64,000 nt of DNA from an uncultured Bacilli bacterium (GTDB lineage Bacteria > Bacillota_I > Bacilli_A > RF39 > UBA660), in NCBI GenBank assembly GCA_947589675.1, contig CANQCI010000001.1, positions 7,156-71,155 of the forward strand. Reading direction: 5' to 3'. Both the position numbers and the translations under genes were made by a program. Shown one piece after another: positions 10,132 to 20,174 of the stretch. The number at the start of each line of letters is the position of its first letter. The first letter of the stretch is position 1. The notes under the pieces were generated by a model. The model saw only the letters and a program-made list of their open reading frames with translations, was not told the DNA's origin and ran no database searches.

Positions 10132-10974
10132 ATGATTTTGAAAAGTTTTTATAGAAAATCGACAACTAAAAATTTTTTTGCAATATTAGTATTAATTTTT
10201 ACTTTTTTTGCAATACTAATCTTTTCAAATAAAGAATATATACTAAAAGTAAATAAACAATATAAAAATTCAGCATTAATTTTAGAAGATATTGATGAAA
10301 AAGAATATGAAAAAATAATAAATATCTCCGGAATAATAGAAACTGTTGAGGGAATTAAGGGAGTTATAGGTACTAGAACAGTAATGATAAAAATGGAAGA
10401 CTCAGTAGATATAAAAAATGATAACTTTTTAGTTCCAAGTTCCTTACAAGAAATTATTAATCAAAATGAGGTATATGCAATAATTATTGACAAAGAAACT
10501 GTGAAATTAACCGCTCAGGAATATTACAATCAAGATACTAGTGGGGAAGATATTATTAAAGTTAATAAAGCTACTTATCAAAAATTAACTAAAATTGTTA
10601 ATAAAAGGATTTATTTTTTATTTTTGGACAATTGGTTATTAAAAGATACGATTGCCAATAAAATTAAATCAAATATTTCAGTTGAACCAATAATTTTTGA
10701 ACATTGTGAGGGAAATAATTGTAATTTTAATGATGTAATATTAATGTTTACAATATTTAAAATATTAGCTATTGCAATCTTTTTAATTATCTTTGTTTTA
10801 TCAGTGGTAAACTTAGTAAATGAAGATAAAGAAATTAATAAACTGTACAAATATTTAGGTTTTAAATCTACTCAAATTTATTTTATTCTGATAAAAAAAA
10901 TTGGTTCCTTGTTAATTTTTACTATAATAGCTGGCATAATAATTGCTCTAATTATAAGTTTCATTTTCATTTAA
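10132..10974 (+). CDS. FtsX-like permease, short/truncated second subunit
   Basis: N-terminal TM helix, an extracellular segment, and a C-terminal YKYLGFKSTQI FtsX-like motif with only 1-2 following TM helices. Confidence 0.4.
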   Translation: MILKSFYRKSTTKNFFAILVLIFTFFAILIFSNKEYILKVNKQYKNSALILEDIDEKEYEKIINISGIIETVEGIKGVIGTRTVMIKMEDSVDIKNDNFLVPSSLQEIINQNEVYAIIIDKETVKLTAQEYYNQDTSGEDIIKVNKATYQKLTKIVNKRIYFLFLDNWLLKDTIANKIKSNISVEPIIFEHCEGNNCNFNDVILMFTIFKILAIAIFLIIFVLSVVNLVNEDKEINKLYKYLGFKSTQIYFILIKKIGSLLIFTIIAGIIIALIISFIFI

Positions 10975-11051
10975 AAATACTAAATTAGTGTTCTTGAAAT
11001 AATTTTATTAGATTAACAGGAGTTTATAAGTTTCACAAAAAAATTTAAAAT

Positions 11052-11078
11052 AAGCATATGATTAATGCTTTTTTTTTG
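11052..11078 (+). terminator. rho-independent terminator after the ABC/FtsX-like operon
   Basis: AAGCAT-atgatta-ATGCTT stem-loop followed by T9. Confidence 0.4.
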
Positions 11079-11104
11079 TTATAATGTATTATACTGGAGG
11101 TAGC

Positions 11105-11854
11105 ATGAAACTAATTGAATTAAAAAAGGTTAGTAAAACATATCCAAATGGGGTTACAGCCTTAGCGGATATATCCGTGCCGATTAACAAAGGCGAATTT
11201 GTGTTTGTTATTGGGGCAAGTGGTTGTGGTAAATCCACATTTGTAAAATTATTATATCGAGAGGAAAAACCAACAACAGGCACAGTTACGATAGGCGGCT
11301 TGAATGTTGGCAAAATAAAAAACGGTAAAGTATATAAATTGCGGCGAAAATTAGGCATTGTATTTCAAGATTACGAAATTAAATTATTAACAAAATTAAC
11401 GGTTTATGAAAATGTTGCTTTTGCTCTTGAATGTGTCGGAATGACTGGTAAGGAAATTCGTCCGAAGGTTATGAAAGCCTTGGAAAGAGTCGGATTGAAA
11501 GATAAAGTACGGAGTTTTCCTAATGAACTATCTGGGGGGGAAAAGCAACGGGTTTGTATTGCAAGAGCAATTGTTAATGACCCCAAAATTTTGATTTGTG
11601 ATGAACCAACCGGAAATCTTGACCCTGAAACTAGTCAAGATATTATGCGAGTAATTGAAAATATCAATAATGAATTAGGAACCACAATTATTATGGCAAC
11701 TCATGATTTGCAAATAGTTGACCGGATGAAGAAAAGAGTGTTGATAATTCAAAAGGGTGTTCTTACTGATGATATTCCACCTGGGCAATATAAAGCACCA
11801 AAAAAAGAAAAAGGAGAAATTAAGAAAGATGAAAGCAGTAAGGATATTTGTTAG
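11105..11854 (+). CDS. ftsE: cell-division ABC ATPase FtsE
   Basis: MKLIELKKVSKTYPNG... with GASGCGKST, LSGGEKQRVCIARAI and ILICDEPTGNLD. GGAGG RBS before ATG 11105. Confidence 0.85.
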   Translation: MKLIELKKVSKTYPNGVTALADISVPINKGEFVFVIGASGCGKSTFVKLLYREEKPTTGTVTIGGLNVGKIKNGKVYKLRRKLGIVFQDYEIKLLTKLTVYENVAFALECVGMTGKEIRPKVMKALERVGLKDKVRSFPNELSGGEKQRVCIARAIVNDPKILICDEPTGNLDPETSQDIMRVIENINNELGTTIIMATHDLQIVDRMKKRVLIIQKGVLTDDIPPGQYKAPKKEKGEIKKDESSKDIC

Positions 11855-12722
11855 AAGTGTTAGAGATGCTCTGAAAAGTTCGATTCGGAATTTTAGTTTA
11901 AGTTTTGCTTCGATTATGTGTACAACAGTAACTTTAATTCTGGTCGCAGTGGCAATTGTTTGTGCGGCTAATGTCGAAAAAGCAACAAAGTCCATCGAAG
12001 ATGAAATGAGTATCGTGGTTTATTTAAATCAAAATGTTACGGAAGAGCAAATCAAAAATGTAGAAATTGATATTAAATCCCGAAGTATGGTAACAGATGT
12101 TATATTTAAAAGTAAAGACGAATGGAAAATGGAACTGGCTAAATACTCTACTACTTTTGAAACAGCTTTTAACTTTATTGGCGAAAATCCCTTAATGGAT
12201 TCCTTTACTGTTAAAGTTGATGACATCAAAAAATTAAGTGATACAGCTAAATATATCGAAACAATTGATGGTGTTGAAACTGTTAAATATGGGGAAGAAA
12301 TGGTCGAAACAATAATTACAATCTTTGATGTTTTACAAAAAGTAGTATTAGTAATTGTTGTTTGTTTATTAGTGGTAACCGCTTTCTTAATTACTAACAC
12401 AATTAAACTTACGATTTTAAATCGTCAAAGTGAAATTCAAATTATGCGTTTAGTTGGGGCTAATAATGCCACGATTAAATTACCATTTATTATTGAAGGT
12501 TTAATTATCGGAATAATTGGTTCCATAATTCCAATATGTGTTACTATTTATGGTTATGTAATTTTATATTCTCGCTTAGAAGGACATTTATTTACAAATA
12601 TGCTTCAACTAATAAAGCCATATAATTTTGTTTTTGCAGTTTCGTTTGCTTTAGTAATAATTGGTGGTTTAGTGGGGATGTATGGAAGTTTAAGAGCTGT
12701 TAAGAAACATTTGAAAATATAA
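11829..12722 (+). CDS. ftsX: cell-division permease-like protein FtsX
   Basis: MKAVRIFVRSVRDALKSSIRNF N-terminus, an extracellular domain, and four C-terminal TM helices. It directly follows ftsE. Confidence 0.75.
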   Translation: MKAVRIFVRSVRDALKSSIRNFSLSFASIMCTTVTLILVAVAIVCAANVEKATKSIEDEMSIVVYLNQNVTEEQIKNVEIDIKSRSMVTDVIFKSKDEWKMELAKYSTTFETAFNFIGENPLMDSFTVKVDDIKKLSDTAKYIETIDGVETVKYGEEMVETIITIFDVLQKVVLVIVVCLLVVTAFLITNTIKLTILNRQSEIQIMRLVGANNATIKLPFIIEGLIIGIIGSIIPICVTIYGYVILYSRLEGHLFTNMLQLIKPYNFVFAVSFALVIIGGLVGMYGSLRAVKKHLKI

Positions 12723-12768
12723 AGGAAGTGATTATATAAAAAGATTTGTTTGTTTATTAATAAGTATC

Positions 12769-14052
12769 TTGGCTTTAAATATTTTTTGGACACCTCTGGT
12801 AGTTAATGCTTCATCTGAGCCGAACACCATTGCCGAGTATAAGAAAGCTTTAGATGAATTAAAAGCCAAGAAAAATAAAGTTGATAATGAAAAAAAATTA
12901 ACCCAACAGGAAATTCAAGCCAAAAATAATGCCATTAATAATGCTCATAAGCAAATTGAAGAAAGTGAAGCCAAAATCACTGAGGCTAAAAATGATATAA
13001 CCGCTAATGAGGCAAAAATTAAAGAATATGAAACCCAAACTAAGGAATTAATGAGTTTTTATCAAGTTATGGATGGGGAAAATATTTATTTAAAATTTAT
13101 TGCAGATGCTTCAAGTATGACGGATATGATTATGCGAGCTGATGCCATAAGTAAAATAACGGGATATAATCAAACTAAATTAGAAGAATTAGATAAATTA
13201 ATTGGTGATTTACAACAAAAGCAAGTAGATTTAAAAAATTATGAAAAAGAATTAAATAATAATATTACAGAATTTGAAAAGAAGATTGATGAACTAGATT
13301 CTAATTTATTAGCTTTTGATGAAGACCGAGTTAGTATTGATGAAGATATTGAAATGGTTACGCAAAAGTTAAAATATTTACAAAGTTTAGGTTGCGGAGA
13401 TAATGAAACATTACAAACTTGCCAAGATAACAATTTTAAAAAACAACATAACTGTAATTTAAATGAATCAATGGATGCTTGTTACAAAAAAATAGAAGCG
13501 GAAAGCAAGAAAAATAGTGGTAGTAGTAAAGATTATATTCCGTATGCTGTTGCTAATACAACCTTTTATAAACCAGTTTCTAAAGGTCGAATTTCCAGTG
13601 ATTTTGGTTACCGAAGTGTCAGTGGGCAATCAAGCAATCACTCTGGTATTGATATAGCTCTTACGGAAGGAACTCCTGTTTATTCCATGATTAATGGTGT
13701 TGTTTCCATTATTACTCGCAAATCAAGTTGTGGTGGTAATAAAGTTTATGTAGAAGGAACTGTTAATGGGCAAAAATACACCGTAGTATATCTTCACTTA
13801 TTATCAATAGATTCTAACATTAAAGTAGGAACTTATGTTACCTATAATACCATTTTAGGTAAATCGGGTGGTGGTTCTACCGCCAAAAGAAATGGTGGTT
13901 ATGATACTTGTACAACCGGAGCCCATTTACATGTGTCAGTTTCTAAAGGTTATTATGTAAATGATGCCAAATATCGGGCAAATTTAATTCGTCCACCAGG
14001 GTTTCCCAAAAAAGGTGCTTGGTTTTATTCAAGAACACAATGGTTTGATTAA
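12769..14052 (+). CDS. secreted coiled-coil M23/LytM peptidase (EnvC/PcsB-like FtsEX partner)
   Basis: Signal-peptide-like ...LALNIFWTPLVVNASS, a ~200-aa coiled coil, and a C-terminal M23 motif HSGIDIALTEGTPVYSMINGVV. The annotated start is TTG; the signal-peptide N-region extends upstream, possibly to ATA 12736. Confidence 0.8.
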   Translation: MALNIFWTPLVVNASSEPNTIAEYKKALDELKAKKNKVDNEKKLTQQEIQAKNNAINNAHKQIEESEAKITEAKNDITANEAKIKEYETQTKELMSFYQVMDGENIYLKFIADASSMTDMIMRADAISKITGYNQTKLEELDKLIGDLQQKQVDLKNYEKELNNNITEFEKKIDELDSNLLAFDEDRVSIDEDIEMVTQKLKYLQSLGCGDNETLQTCQDNNFKKQHNCNLNESMDACYKKIEAESKKNSGSSKDYIPYAVANTTFYKPVSKGRISSDFGYRSVSGQSSNHSGIDIALTEGTPVYSMINGVVSIITRKSSCGGNKVYVEGTVNGQKYTVVYLHLLSIDSNIKVGTYVTYNTILGKSGGGSTAKRNGGYDTCTTGAHLHVSVSKGYYVNDAKYRANLIRPPGFPKKGAWFYSRTQWFD

Positions 14053-14095
14053 TTTCAAACCATTTTAATTGACTTAAAAACATAATTTTGATAAA

Positions 14096-14608
14096 TTGAT
14101 AACGGTGAAAAAAATGCAAGTGGAAAAAATTGTTGTTGGTGAACTTCAAGCAAACTGTTACATAATAACTTATAAAAATGAAAGTATTATTATCGATCCT
14201 GGTGCCGAGCCTGAAAAGATTATTGCTTCCGCCCAAGGCAAGAATATTGTAGGGATTTTAATAACTCATAATCATTTTGACCATGTCGGGGCTTTAGAAG
14301 AAATAAAGGAATATTTTCATGTTCCTGTTATTAATCATTTTGCTGATTTACAAATTATTTCGACTCCTGGTCATACCAGTGATTCAAAAACATTTTATTT
14401 CCCGGGAAATAATTTGATGTTCACCGGAGATTTTATTTTTAAAAATACGATAGGGCGAATGGACTTACCAACAGGGAGTATAATTGATATGCAAAAAAGC
14501 TTGGCTATGATTAAAAGTTATCCTCCGAAAACGATAATTTATCCTGGACATGGTGCCAAGACAGTATTAGGTGATGAAATTCCCAACTTTTATTATTACT
14601 TAAAATAA
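14096..14608 (+). CDS. small MBL-fold metallo-hydrolase
   Basis: HxHxDH motif ITHNHFDHVGA and later HTSDS...GD...PGHG. Confidence 0.6.
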   Translation: MITVKKMQVEKIVVGELQANCYIITYKNESIIIDPGAEPEKIIASAQGKNIVGILITHNHFDHVGALEEIKEYFHVPVINHFADLQIISTPGHTSDSKTFYFPGNNLMFTGDFIFKNTIGRMDLPTGSIIDMQKSLAMIKSYPPKTIIYPGHGAKTVLGDEIPNFYYYLK

Positions 14609-14632
14609 ACGATGCAAAAGATCGTTTATTTT
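14607..14632. terminator. bidirectional rho-independent terminator
   Basis: AAACGAT-gcaaaag-ATCGTTT followed by a T-run. It lies between convergent genes. Confidence 0.45.
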
Positions 14633-14990
14633 AATAAGTTTTTTCCGAGTATGCATGACTATAAATAATTGGTTCCATAAATTCAACGTAATTAAGATAA
14701 ATAATTCGGATTAAATACCAAGTACCACTAACATTGTCTTTAATAATTAAATGGTCTTTTCCCGCTTCTTCGATTATGCCCTCATAAACCTTATTTTGCC
14801 AAGCCGAACTATCAGGATAGGAAACATAGGCTTTGACTTTATGTCCCTTGTTTAATCGCAAAATGTTTTCAATATAGCTTTGTTCTTGGGGAATATTTAA
14901 TTCTGTAACGGACATATTACCTGGTGGCGTTTGATAGTTATTAGCTGGGAAAGTGGGATTTTGATAATAATTACCGTTCAATATTTTCAC
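14631..14990 (-). CDS. spore coat protein GerQ-like (probable)
   Basis: Q/N/Y/P-rich N-terminus and a C-terminal ENILRLNKGHKVKAY...AGKDHLIIKD...GTWYLIRIIYLNYVEF resembling the Spore_GerQ domain. Confidence 0.5.
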   Translation of the reverse strand: MKILNGNYYQNPTFPANNYQTPPGNMSVTELNIPQEQSYIENILRLNKGHKVKAYVSYPDSSAWQNKVYEGIIEEAGKDHLIIKDNVSGTWYLIRIIYLNYVEFMEPIIYSHAYSEKTY

Positions 14991-15075
14991 CTACCTCATT
15001 AAAATATATGTTATAAAAGATAATTAATTGCTAAAAAAAAATATTTGATTTATAATGATAATAGGGTAGGTGGCT

Positions 15076-15951
15076 ATGATGGAACAAAATTCGGTGAAAT
15101 ATCTTGTCGTAACCGGCGTTTCCTTTGTTCTCGGGGTCGTGTTATTAGCTTTATGTTATAACTTATTTTTGTTGCCCAATGATTTAGTAGTCTCGGGAAT
15201 GAGTGGTTTAGGTATTGCTTTAGAAGATTTATGTCATATAAATGCCACAGCTTTTATTTATATTGCTAATATAATTTTATTATTTGTTAGTTTTATTTTC
15301 TTGGGGTATGAAAAAACCAAAAATACAATCATTGGCTCCTTGTTATATCCGATAATGATAACTTTTACCGCTCCGATAGCCCAATATATTTTAAAAAATT
15401 ATCCGATAACTGATACATTGGTTTTAACCTTATTTGCGAGCTTACTTTATGGGATAAGTAATGGACTTATTTATAAATGTGGCTATACAACTGGTGGTAA
15501 TGATGTTTTAATGCAATTATTGAATAAATATTTTAAAATTCCGGAAAGTAAAGCTTTAGCCATCGTAAATCTTTTAGTAATTATTTTGGGAGCAATAACT
15601 TTTGGCTATATGAAAGGAATTTATTCATTATTTATTTTACTTTTATCAACATTTTTTATTGATAAAATAATGTTAGGTATTGCTGATAGTAAATTATTTT
15701 ATATATATACGAAAGAAGAAAAAAAGATTAAAAAATTAATATTAAATGAAATAAAATCAGGCTTTACTATTTTACCTACAAAAGGGGGATATTCCCACAA
15801 TAATGGTAGTCTAATTATGTGTGTTGTACCTAATCGTTATTATTATATTTTAAAAGAAAAAATATTGGAGATTGACCCTGATGCTTTTTTTATTGTGGAT
15901 ACTTGTTATGAAGTAAATGGGGGAGTCGTTCAAAAAAAATCGCTTTTATAG
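15076..15951 (+). CDS. YitT-family membrane protein (DUF161/DUF2179)
   Basis: YLVVTGVSFVLGVVLLALCYNLFLLPNDLVVSGMSGLGIALE with a C-terminal DUF2179-like tail. Confidence 0.7.
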   Translation: MMEQNSVKYLVVTGVSFVLGVVLLALCYNLFLLPNDLVVSGMSGLGIALEDLCHINATAFIYIANIILLFVSFIFLGYEKTKNTIIGSLLYPIMITFTAPIAQYILKNYPITDTLVLTLFASLLYGISNGLIYKCGYTTGGNDVLMQLLNKYFKIPESKALAIVNLLVIILGAITFGYMKGIYSLFILLLSTFFIDKIMLGIADSKLFYIYTKEEKKIKKLILNEIKSGFTILPTKGGYSHNNGSLIMCVVPNRYYYILKEKILEIDPDAFFIVDTCYEVNGGVVQKKSLL

Positions 15952-15958
15952 ATTAATT

Positions 15959-15986
15959 AAAGGACATGAAGGTTGTCCTTTTTTCG
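15959..15986 (+). terminator. rho-independent terminator
   Basis: AAGGACA-tgaaggt-TGTCCTT followed by TTTTT. Confidence 0.4.
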
Positions 15987-16046
15987 TAGCAAAAATTAAC
16001 ATAATTATTCATTTTTTAATTAGCTTGTGATAAAATCAAATTAGTG

Positions 16047-17006
16047 ATGGATATGAAAAAGATAGTTATATTTGGTGGGGGTTCAGGATTATCCCAATTA
16101 CTAAAAGGATTAAAATTATTTCCAGTCGAAATTACCGCGGTAGTTACGGTAGCTGATAATGGACAAAGTACAGGACGGTTACGCAAAGAATTAAAAATTC
16201 CCGCAGTTGGTGATATTACCAAAGTTATGTTAGCAATGGCTGATATTGATAATAATATTATTGATTTAATGAACTATCGTTTTACCAAATCAAAAACCAT
16301 TGGCAATCATTCTATTAAAAATTTGCTATTAACTGCTTTGCTTGATTTAAATGGGAGTTTTGATGAAGCTATTCCAGTTTTAGGGAAAATGTTAAATTTA
16401 AAAGGCACAGTTTTACCCCTTACCGAGGATAATGTTGATTTAGTGGGGATAACTAGTGATAATAAAAAAATATATGGCGAAGAAGAAATTACTCAATGTG
16501 CTAGTAAAATAACAGATTTAAAATATAATAAGGAGATTCGTGTTAATCCCAAAATTTATCAAGCTTTAGATGAATGCGATTTAATTATTTTTGCTTCGGG
16601 AAGTCTACTTACAAGTATTATTCCTCATTTAATAGATCAAAATTTGGCAGCGAAAATTAGACAATCTAAAGCTCCGAAGATGTATATTTGTAATTTATTT
16701 ACCCAACCTGGGGAAACTGATGATTTTACAGTAGCTGACCATTTAGATTTATTAGAAAGTTATTTAGGGAAAGATAGTATAGATGTTATTATTGCTAATA
16801 ATACTGTTATGAGTAGTAAACTGGCTAGTAAATATGCTGTTGAAGAACAAAAAGACCCTGTGTTATTAGATATGAATGAATTAGAAAATCGGCATGTACT
16901 AGTCATAAGTGACCGGTTATTTATGATTGAAGATAATATGTACCGGCATGATTCTTTAAAAACCGCTTATTTAATATTTTCTTATTTAATGGAAGGTAAA
17001 AAATAA
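16047..17006 (+). CDS. yvcK: gluconeogenesis factor / YvcK (UPF0052, CofD-like)
   Basis: KIVIFGGGSGLSQLLKGLK glycine-rich N-terminus and ...ADNGQSTGRLR. Confidence 0.8.
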   Translation: MDMKKIVIFGGGSGLSQLLKGLKLFPVEITAVVTVADNGQSTGRLRKELKIPAVGDITKVMLAMADIDNNIIDLMNYRFTKSKTIGNHSIKNLLLTALLDLNGSFDEAIPVLGKMLNLKGTVLPLTEDNVDLVGITSDNKKIYGEEEITQCASKITDLKYNKEIRVNPKIYQALDECDLIIFASGSLLTSIIPHLIDQNLAAKIRQSKAPKMYICNLFTQPGETDDFTVADHLDLLESYLGKDSIDVIIANNTVMSSKLASKYAVEEQKDPVLLDMNELENRHVLVISDRLFMIEDNMYRHDSLKTAYLIFSYLMEGKK

Positions 17007-17914
17007 TGACTTTTACCACTAGTCTTAAAGAAGAAATAGCTAATTTAGATTTTAATACTTTAGAAGATAGTTATGAATTAATAGCTTTCTTAAATTGTGT
17101 AGCAAAAATAAATAATAATGAAATTATTATTACGTTTGAAAATGCTAAGGTAGCTAGAAGAATATATAAGCAAATTAAAGAAATATATCATGTGAGTCCG
17201 AAGATAACAGTGCGAATCCAAAAAAGATTTAAAGTTAAACAAATATATATTTTAAGTATTACTGATAAAGTTAATTTAATCAAAGATTCGATTAGTGTTG
17301 GTACCAAAATTGAAGTAGCATCCCTAGTTTCTGATGAAGAAAAGATTGCCTTTATCCGTGGGTGTTTTTTAGCAGTTGGTAATGTATCTAATCCTAGTAC
17401 AAGTGGTTATCATTTAGAATTTATTTTTAAAAAAGAACGGCTAGCCAAACAAGTATTATCTCTTTTACAATATTTTAATCTAAGTGCAAAGTTAATTAAA
17501 AGAGGTTACCGGACTATTTTATATATCAAAGCTGCGGATGATATTAGTATTATGATTCGGATGTTTAAGGCAACTTCTTCGTTATTTTATTTTGAAGATA
17601 TTCGGATATATCGAGATCATAAGAATATGGTAAATCGGTTAAATAATTGCGAAATAGCTAATCAAGAAAAAACCATTAAAGCTGGGTTAGAACAGCTGGA
17701 TAAAATAAAGTTATTAAAAGATCATGATTTATTTGATTTATTAGATGATAAAACACAATTAGTGGCTGAATATCGTGAAAAAAATCCTGATTTATCTTAT
17801 CAAGAACTAGCTGATGTAATAAGCCAGGAAACTAATTACCAAATTGGGAAATCGGGGATTAATCATCATTTTATTAAAATTAATAATTTATTAAAAAAAT
17901 ATGAAAAGAGGTAG
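17006..17914 (+). CDS. whiA: DNA-binding protein WhiA
   Basis: MTFTTSLKEEIANL... with a LAGLIDADG-like middle and C-terminal HTH. It follows yvcK as in Bacillus. Confidence 0.85.
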   Translation: MTFTTSLKEEIANLDFNTLEDSYELIAFLNCVAKINNNEIIITFENAKVARRIYKQIKEIYHVSPKITVRIQKRFKVKQIYILSITDKVNLIKDSISVGTKIEVASLVSDEEKIAFIRGCFLAVGNVSNPSTSGYHLEFIFKKERLAKQVLSLLQYFNLSAKLIKRGYRTILYIKAADDISIMIRMFKATSSLFYFEDIRIYRDHKNMVNRLNNCEIANQEKTIKAGLEQLDKIKLLKDHDLFDLLDDKTQLVAEYREKNPDLSYQELADVISQETNYQIGKSGINHHFIKINNLLKKYEKR

Positions 17915-17917
17915 AAT

Positions 17918-18421
17918 ATGAAAGTTAAATTAGCAGCCCCTTTAGAAGAGGATAGTATAGTCGATGGTGAAGGATTGCGTTGTGTGGTGTGGTTTCAAGG
18001 TTGTCCTCACAATTGTTTAGGTTGCCACAATCCTGAAACTCATGATATAAATAAGGGAATAGAAGTAGATTTAGAAGATGTCTTAGAGCAAATCCGAAAA
18101 TTAGAATTTCAAAATGGACTAACTTTATCAGGCGGAGATCCTTTTATGCAACCTGAGGCAGCCTCAGAAATTGCCAAATATGCTCATGAACTTGGTTTAA
18201 ATGTTTGGAGTTATACGGGATATTTGTATGAGGATATTTTAAAAGATGAAAAAATGACTGAGCTTTTAAAAAATATTGATGTCTTAATTGATGGTCCATT
18301 TGTATTGCAAGAAAAAAGTTTAGCTTGTAAGTTTCGAGGAAGTACTAATCAAAGAGTGATTGATGTAAAAAAGAGTTTAGAAAGTGGTAGAGTGATAAAT
18401 TATTATGAAGATGGAAGATAA
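17918..18421 (+). CDS. nrdG: anaerobic ribonucleoside-triphosphate reductase activating protein (radical SAM)
   Basis: GEGLRCVVWFQGCPHNCLGCHNPETH (CX3CX2C), LSGGDP, WSYTGY, IDGPF, FRGSTNQRVI. Confidence 0.8.
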   Translation: MKVKLAAPLEEDSIVDGEGLRCVVWFQGCPHNCLGCHNPETHDINKGIEVDLEDVLEQIRKLEFQNGLTLSGGDPFMQPEAASEIAKYAHELGLNVWSYTGYLYEDILKDEKMTELLKNIDVLIDGPFVLQEKSLACKFRGSTNQRVIDVKKSLESGRVINYYEDGR

Positions 18422-18881
18422 TGTAAATTATTGTATTATCAGTAATAAAATTGATGCAAATCTTTTAAATAATTTAGAAGAATATAATATTATTAATGAT
18501 GATAAAACTTATGAAGAATTACTAAAAATAATTGCTAATTATGTTAATAAGAAAATAGTATTTAATGATATCTTAAGAAAGTTTCGGATTAGAGAACAAA
18601 AAACAATTATGGAATTATTGAAATTAAGAAATGTTAATTTTATAAATATAACTAGTGATATTGAAGAAGCATTATATGCCGATTATTTATATGTTTTAGA
18701 CCAAGATGTATTAGTGATGGAAGGAAAGACTTCGGTGGTTTTAAAGGAAGAAAAGATTCTCAAAAGGATTGGTTATGGTCTACCTTTTGCTACTGACTTA
18801 GCTACTCAATTAATTATATATAATGTTTTAGATAAGCCTTATTATGATTTAGAAAGTTTGGTGCATGATTTATGGATTTAA
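18405..18881 (+). CDS. hypothetical protein (158 aa)
   Basis: ORF with no recognisable motif. It overlaps the end of nrdG by 17 nt. Confidence 0.35.
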   Translation: MKMEDNVNYCIISNKIDANLLNNLEEYNIINDDKTYEELLKIIANYVNKKIVFNDILRKFRIREQKTIMELLKLRNVNFINITSDIEEALYADYLYVLDQDVLVMEGKTSVVLKEEKILKRIGYGLPFATDLATQLIIYNVLDKPYYDLESLVHDLWI

Positions 18882-19429
18882 CCACTTTAGAAGGAAATAT
18901 TATTGGTGTTATAAGTGATGAATTTAAAAAAGAAGATTTTGAAGATAAAACTGTGGCTGAAATAATAGGGAATAAAGTAAATCAAGCTTTGCAAATGGTT
19001 AATTTAGATTCATTAGTTAAGAATAAAAAATTTCAAGAATTAAGTAGTAGTGATAAAAGTAAAGTTATTTTAGCTAGTAAATTACATCAAAAAGTTATTA
19101 TATTATATGATTTTACGAAGGGATTAAATCAAAAAGATTTAGCTTTTTATAAAAGATTATTTAAAAAAATAATTTCGTATAATAAAAAAATAGTTTTAGT
19201 TAGTAAAGATGCTCGCTTATTTATTAATAATGTGGATAAAATATATGTTATCAACAATCAACAAATAATTTATGAGACTGATAGTATTTTTGATAAAAAA
19301 ATTTATGAAATTATTGATGCTCCAGGGATAGTTAATTTTTTTTATCAATGTGAGAATATGGGGATTCATTTAGATGAATATACCGACATTAATGAATTAA
19401 TTAAAGCTATTTATCGGATTAAGACATGA
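18872..19429 (+). CDS. hypothetical protein (185 aa)
   Basis: ORF translationally coupled to truA. It occupies the position where the ecfA/ecfT genes sit in Bacillus, but no Walker motifs are visible. Confidence 0.35.
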   Translation: MDLTTLEGNIIGVISDEFKKEDFEDKTVAEIIGNKVNQALQMVNLDSLVKNKKFQELSSSDKSKVILASKLHQKVIILYDFTKGLNQKDLAFYKRLFKKIISYNKKIVLVSKDARLFINNVDKIYVINNQQIIYETDSIFDKKIYEIIDAPGIVNFFYQCENMGIHLDEYTDINELIKAIYRIKT

Positions 19430-20142
19430 GATATTTTATGGTATTTAGTTATGATGGTAGTAAGTTTCATGGTTTTGAACGACAAAAGGATGTTAAAAGT
19501 GTTCAAAAAACAATTGAAGATGGATTAAGTTTATATTTGCATACCAAGATAGTTATTAAAGCATCAGGGCGAACCGATGCCCTAGTTCATGCCCTAAGAC
19601 AATGTGCTCACTTTGACTATGACCAAAAATTGCCTCATGATTTAAAAGCTAAACTGAATGAATTATTTCAACAGGAAATTATAATTAAAAAAATAAAAAG
19701 AGTTGCTGATGATTTTCATGCTCGTTTTAATGTTGTAGCCAAAACTTATCGCTATATTATGAATACTAAACCTAATGAGAAAACATCGGTTTACTACCAA
19801 AATATTTATTATCCATTAGATATAAATAAAATGCGGGAAGCTAGTAAGATATTGTTGGGTAAACATGATTTCCGTAATTTTGTTAGTGGTAAAAGAGATA
19901 ACTATGAAACTATTATTTATAAAATAACTATTAAAAAGAAGCGTAACTTAATTATTTTTGAGTTTATTGGAGCTGGTTTTTACCGGTATATGGTTCGCCA
20001 CTTAGTTGGAGCATTATATGATGTGGGACGAGGAAAGGTAGAAAAAGAAACTATAAAAAAGATGGTAGATAATCCCGATATTTCTAAAAATCTTACGGTT
20101 ATGCCCGCGAATGGTCTTTATTTAGTAAATGTAAAATATTAG
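19426..20142 (+). CDS. truA: tRNA pseudouridine(38-40) synthase TruA
   Basis: FSYDGSKFHGFERQ ... SGRTDALVHA catalytic Asp motif. Confidence 0.85.
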   Translation: MRYFMVFSYDGSKFHGFERQKDVKSVQKTIEDGLSLYLHTKIVIKASGRTDALVHALRQCAHFDYDQKLPHDLKAKLNELFQQEIIIKKIKRVADDFHARFNVVAKTYRYIMNTKPNEKTSVYYQNIYYPLDINKMREASKILLGKHDFRNFVSGKRDNYETIIYKITIKKKRNLIIFEFIGAGFYRYMVRHLVGALYDVGRGKVEKETIKKMVDNPDISKNLTVMPANGLYLVNVKY

Positions 20143-20174
20143 TATAAAATAAGTTATAATTATTAATAATAATT

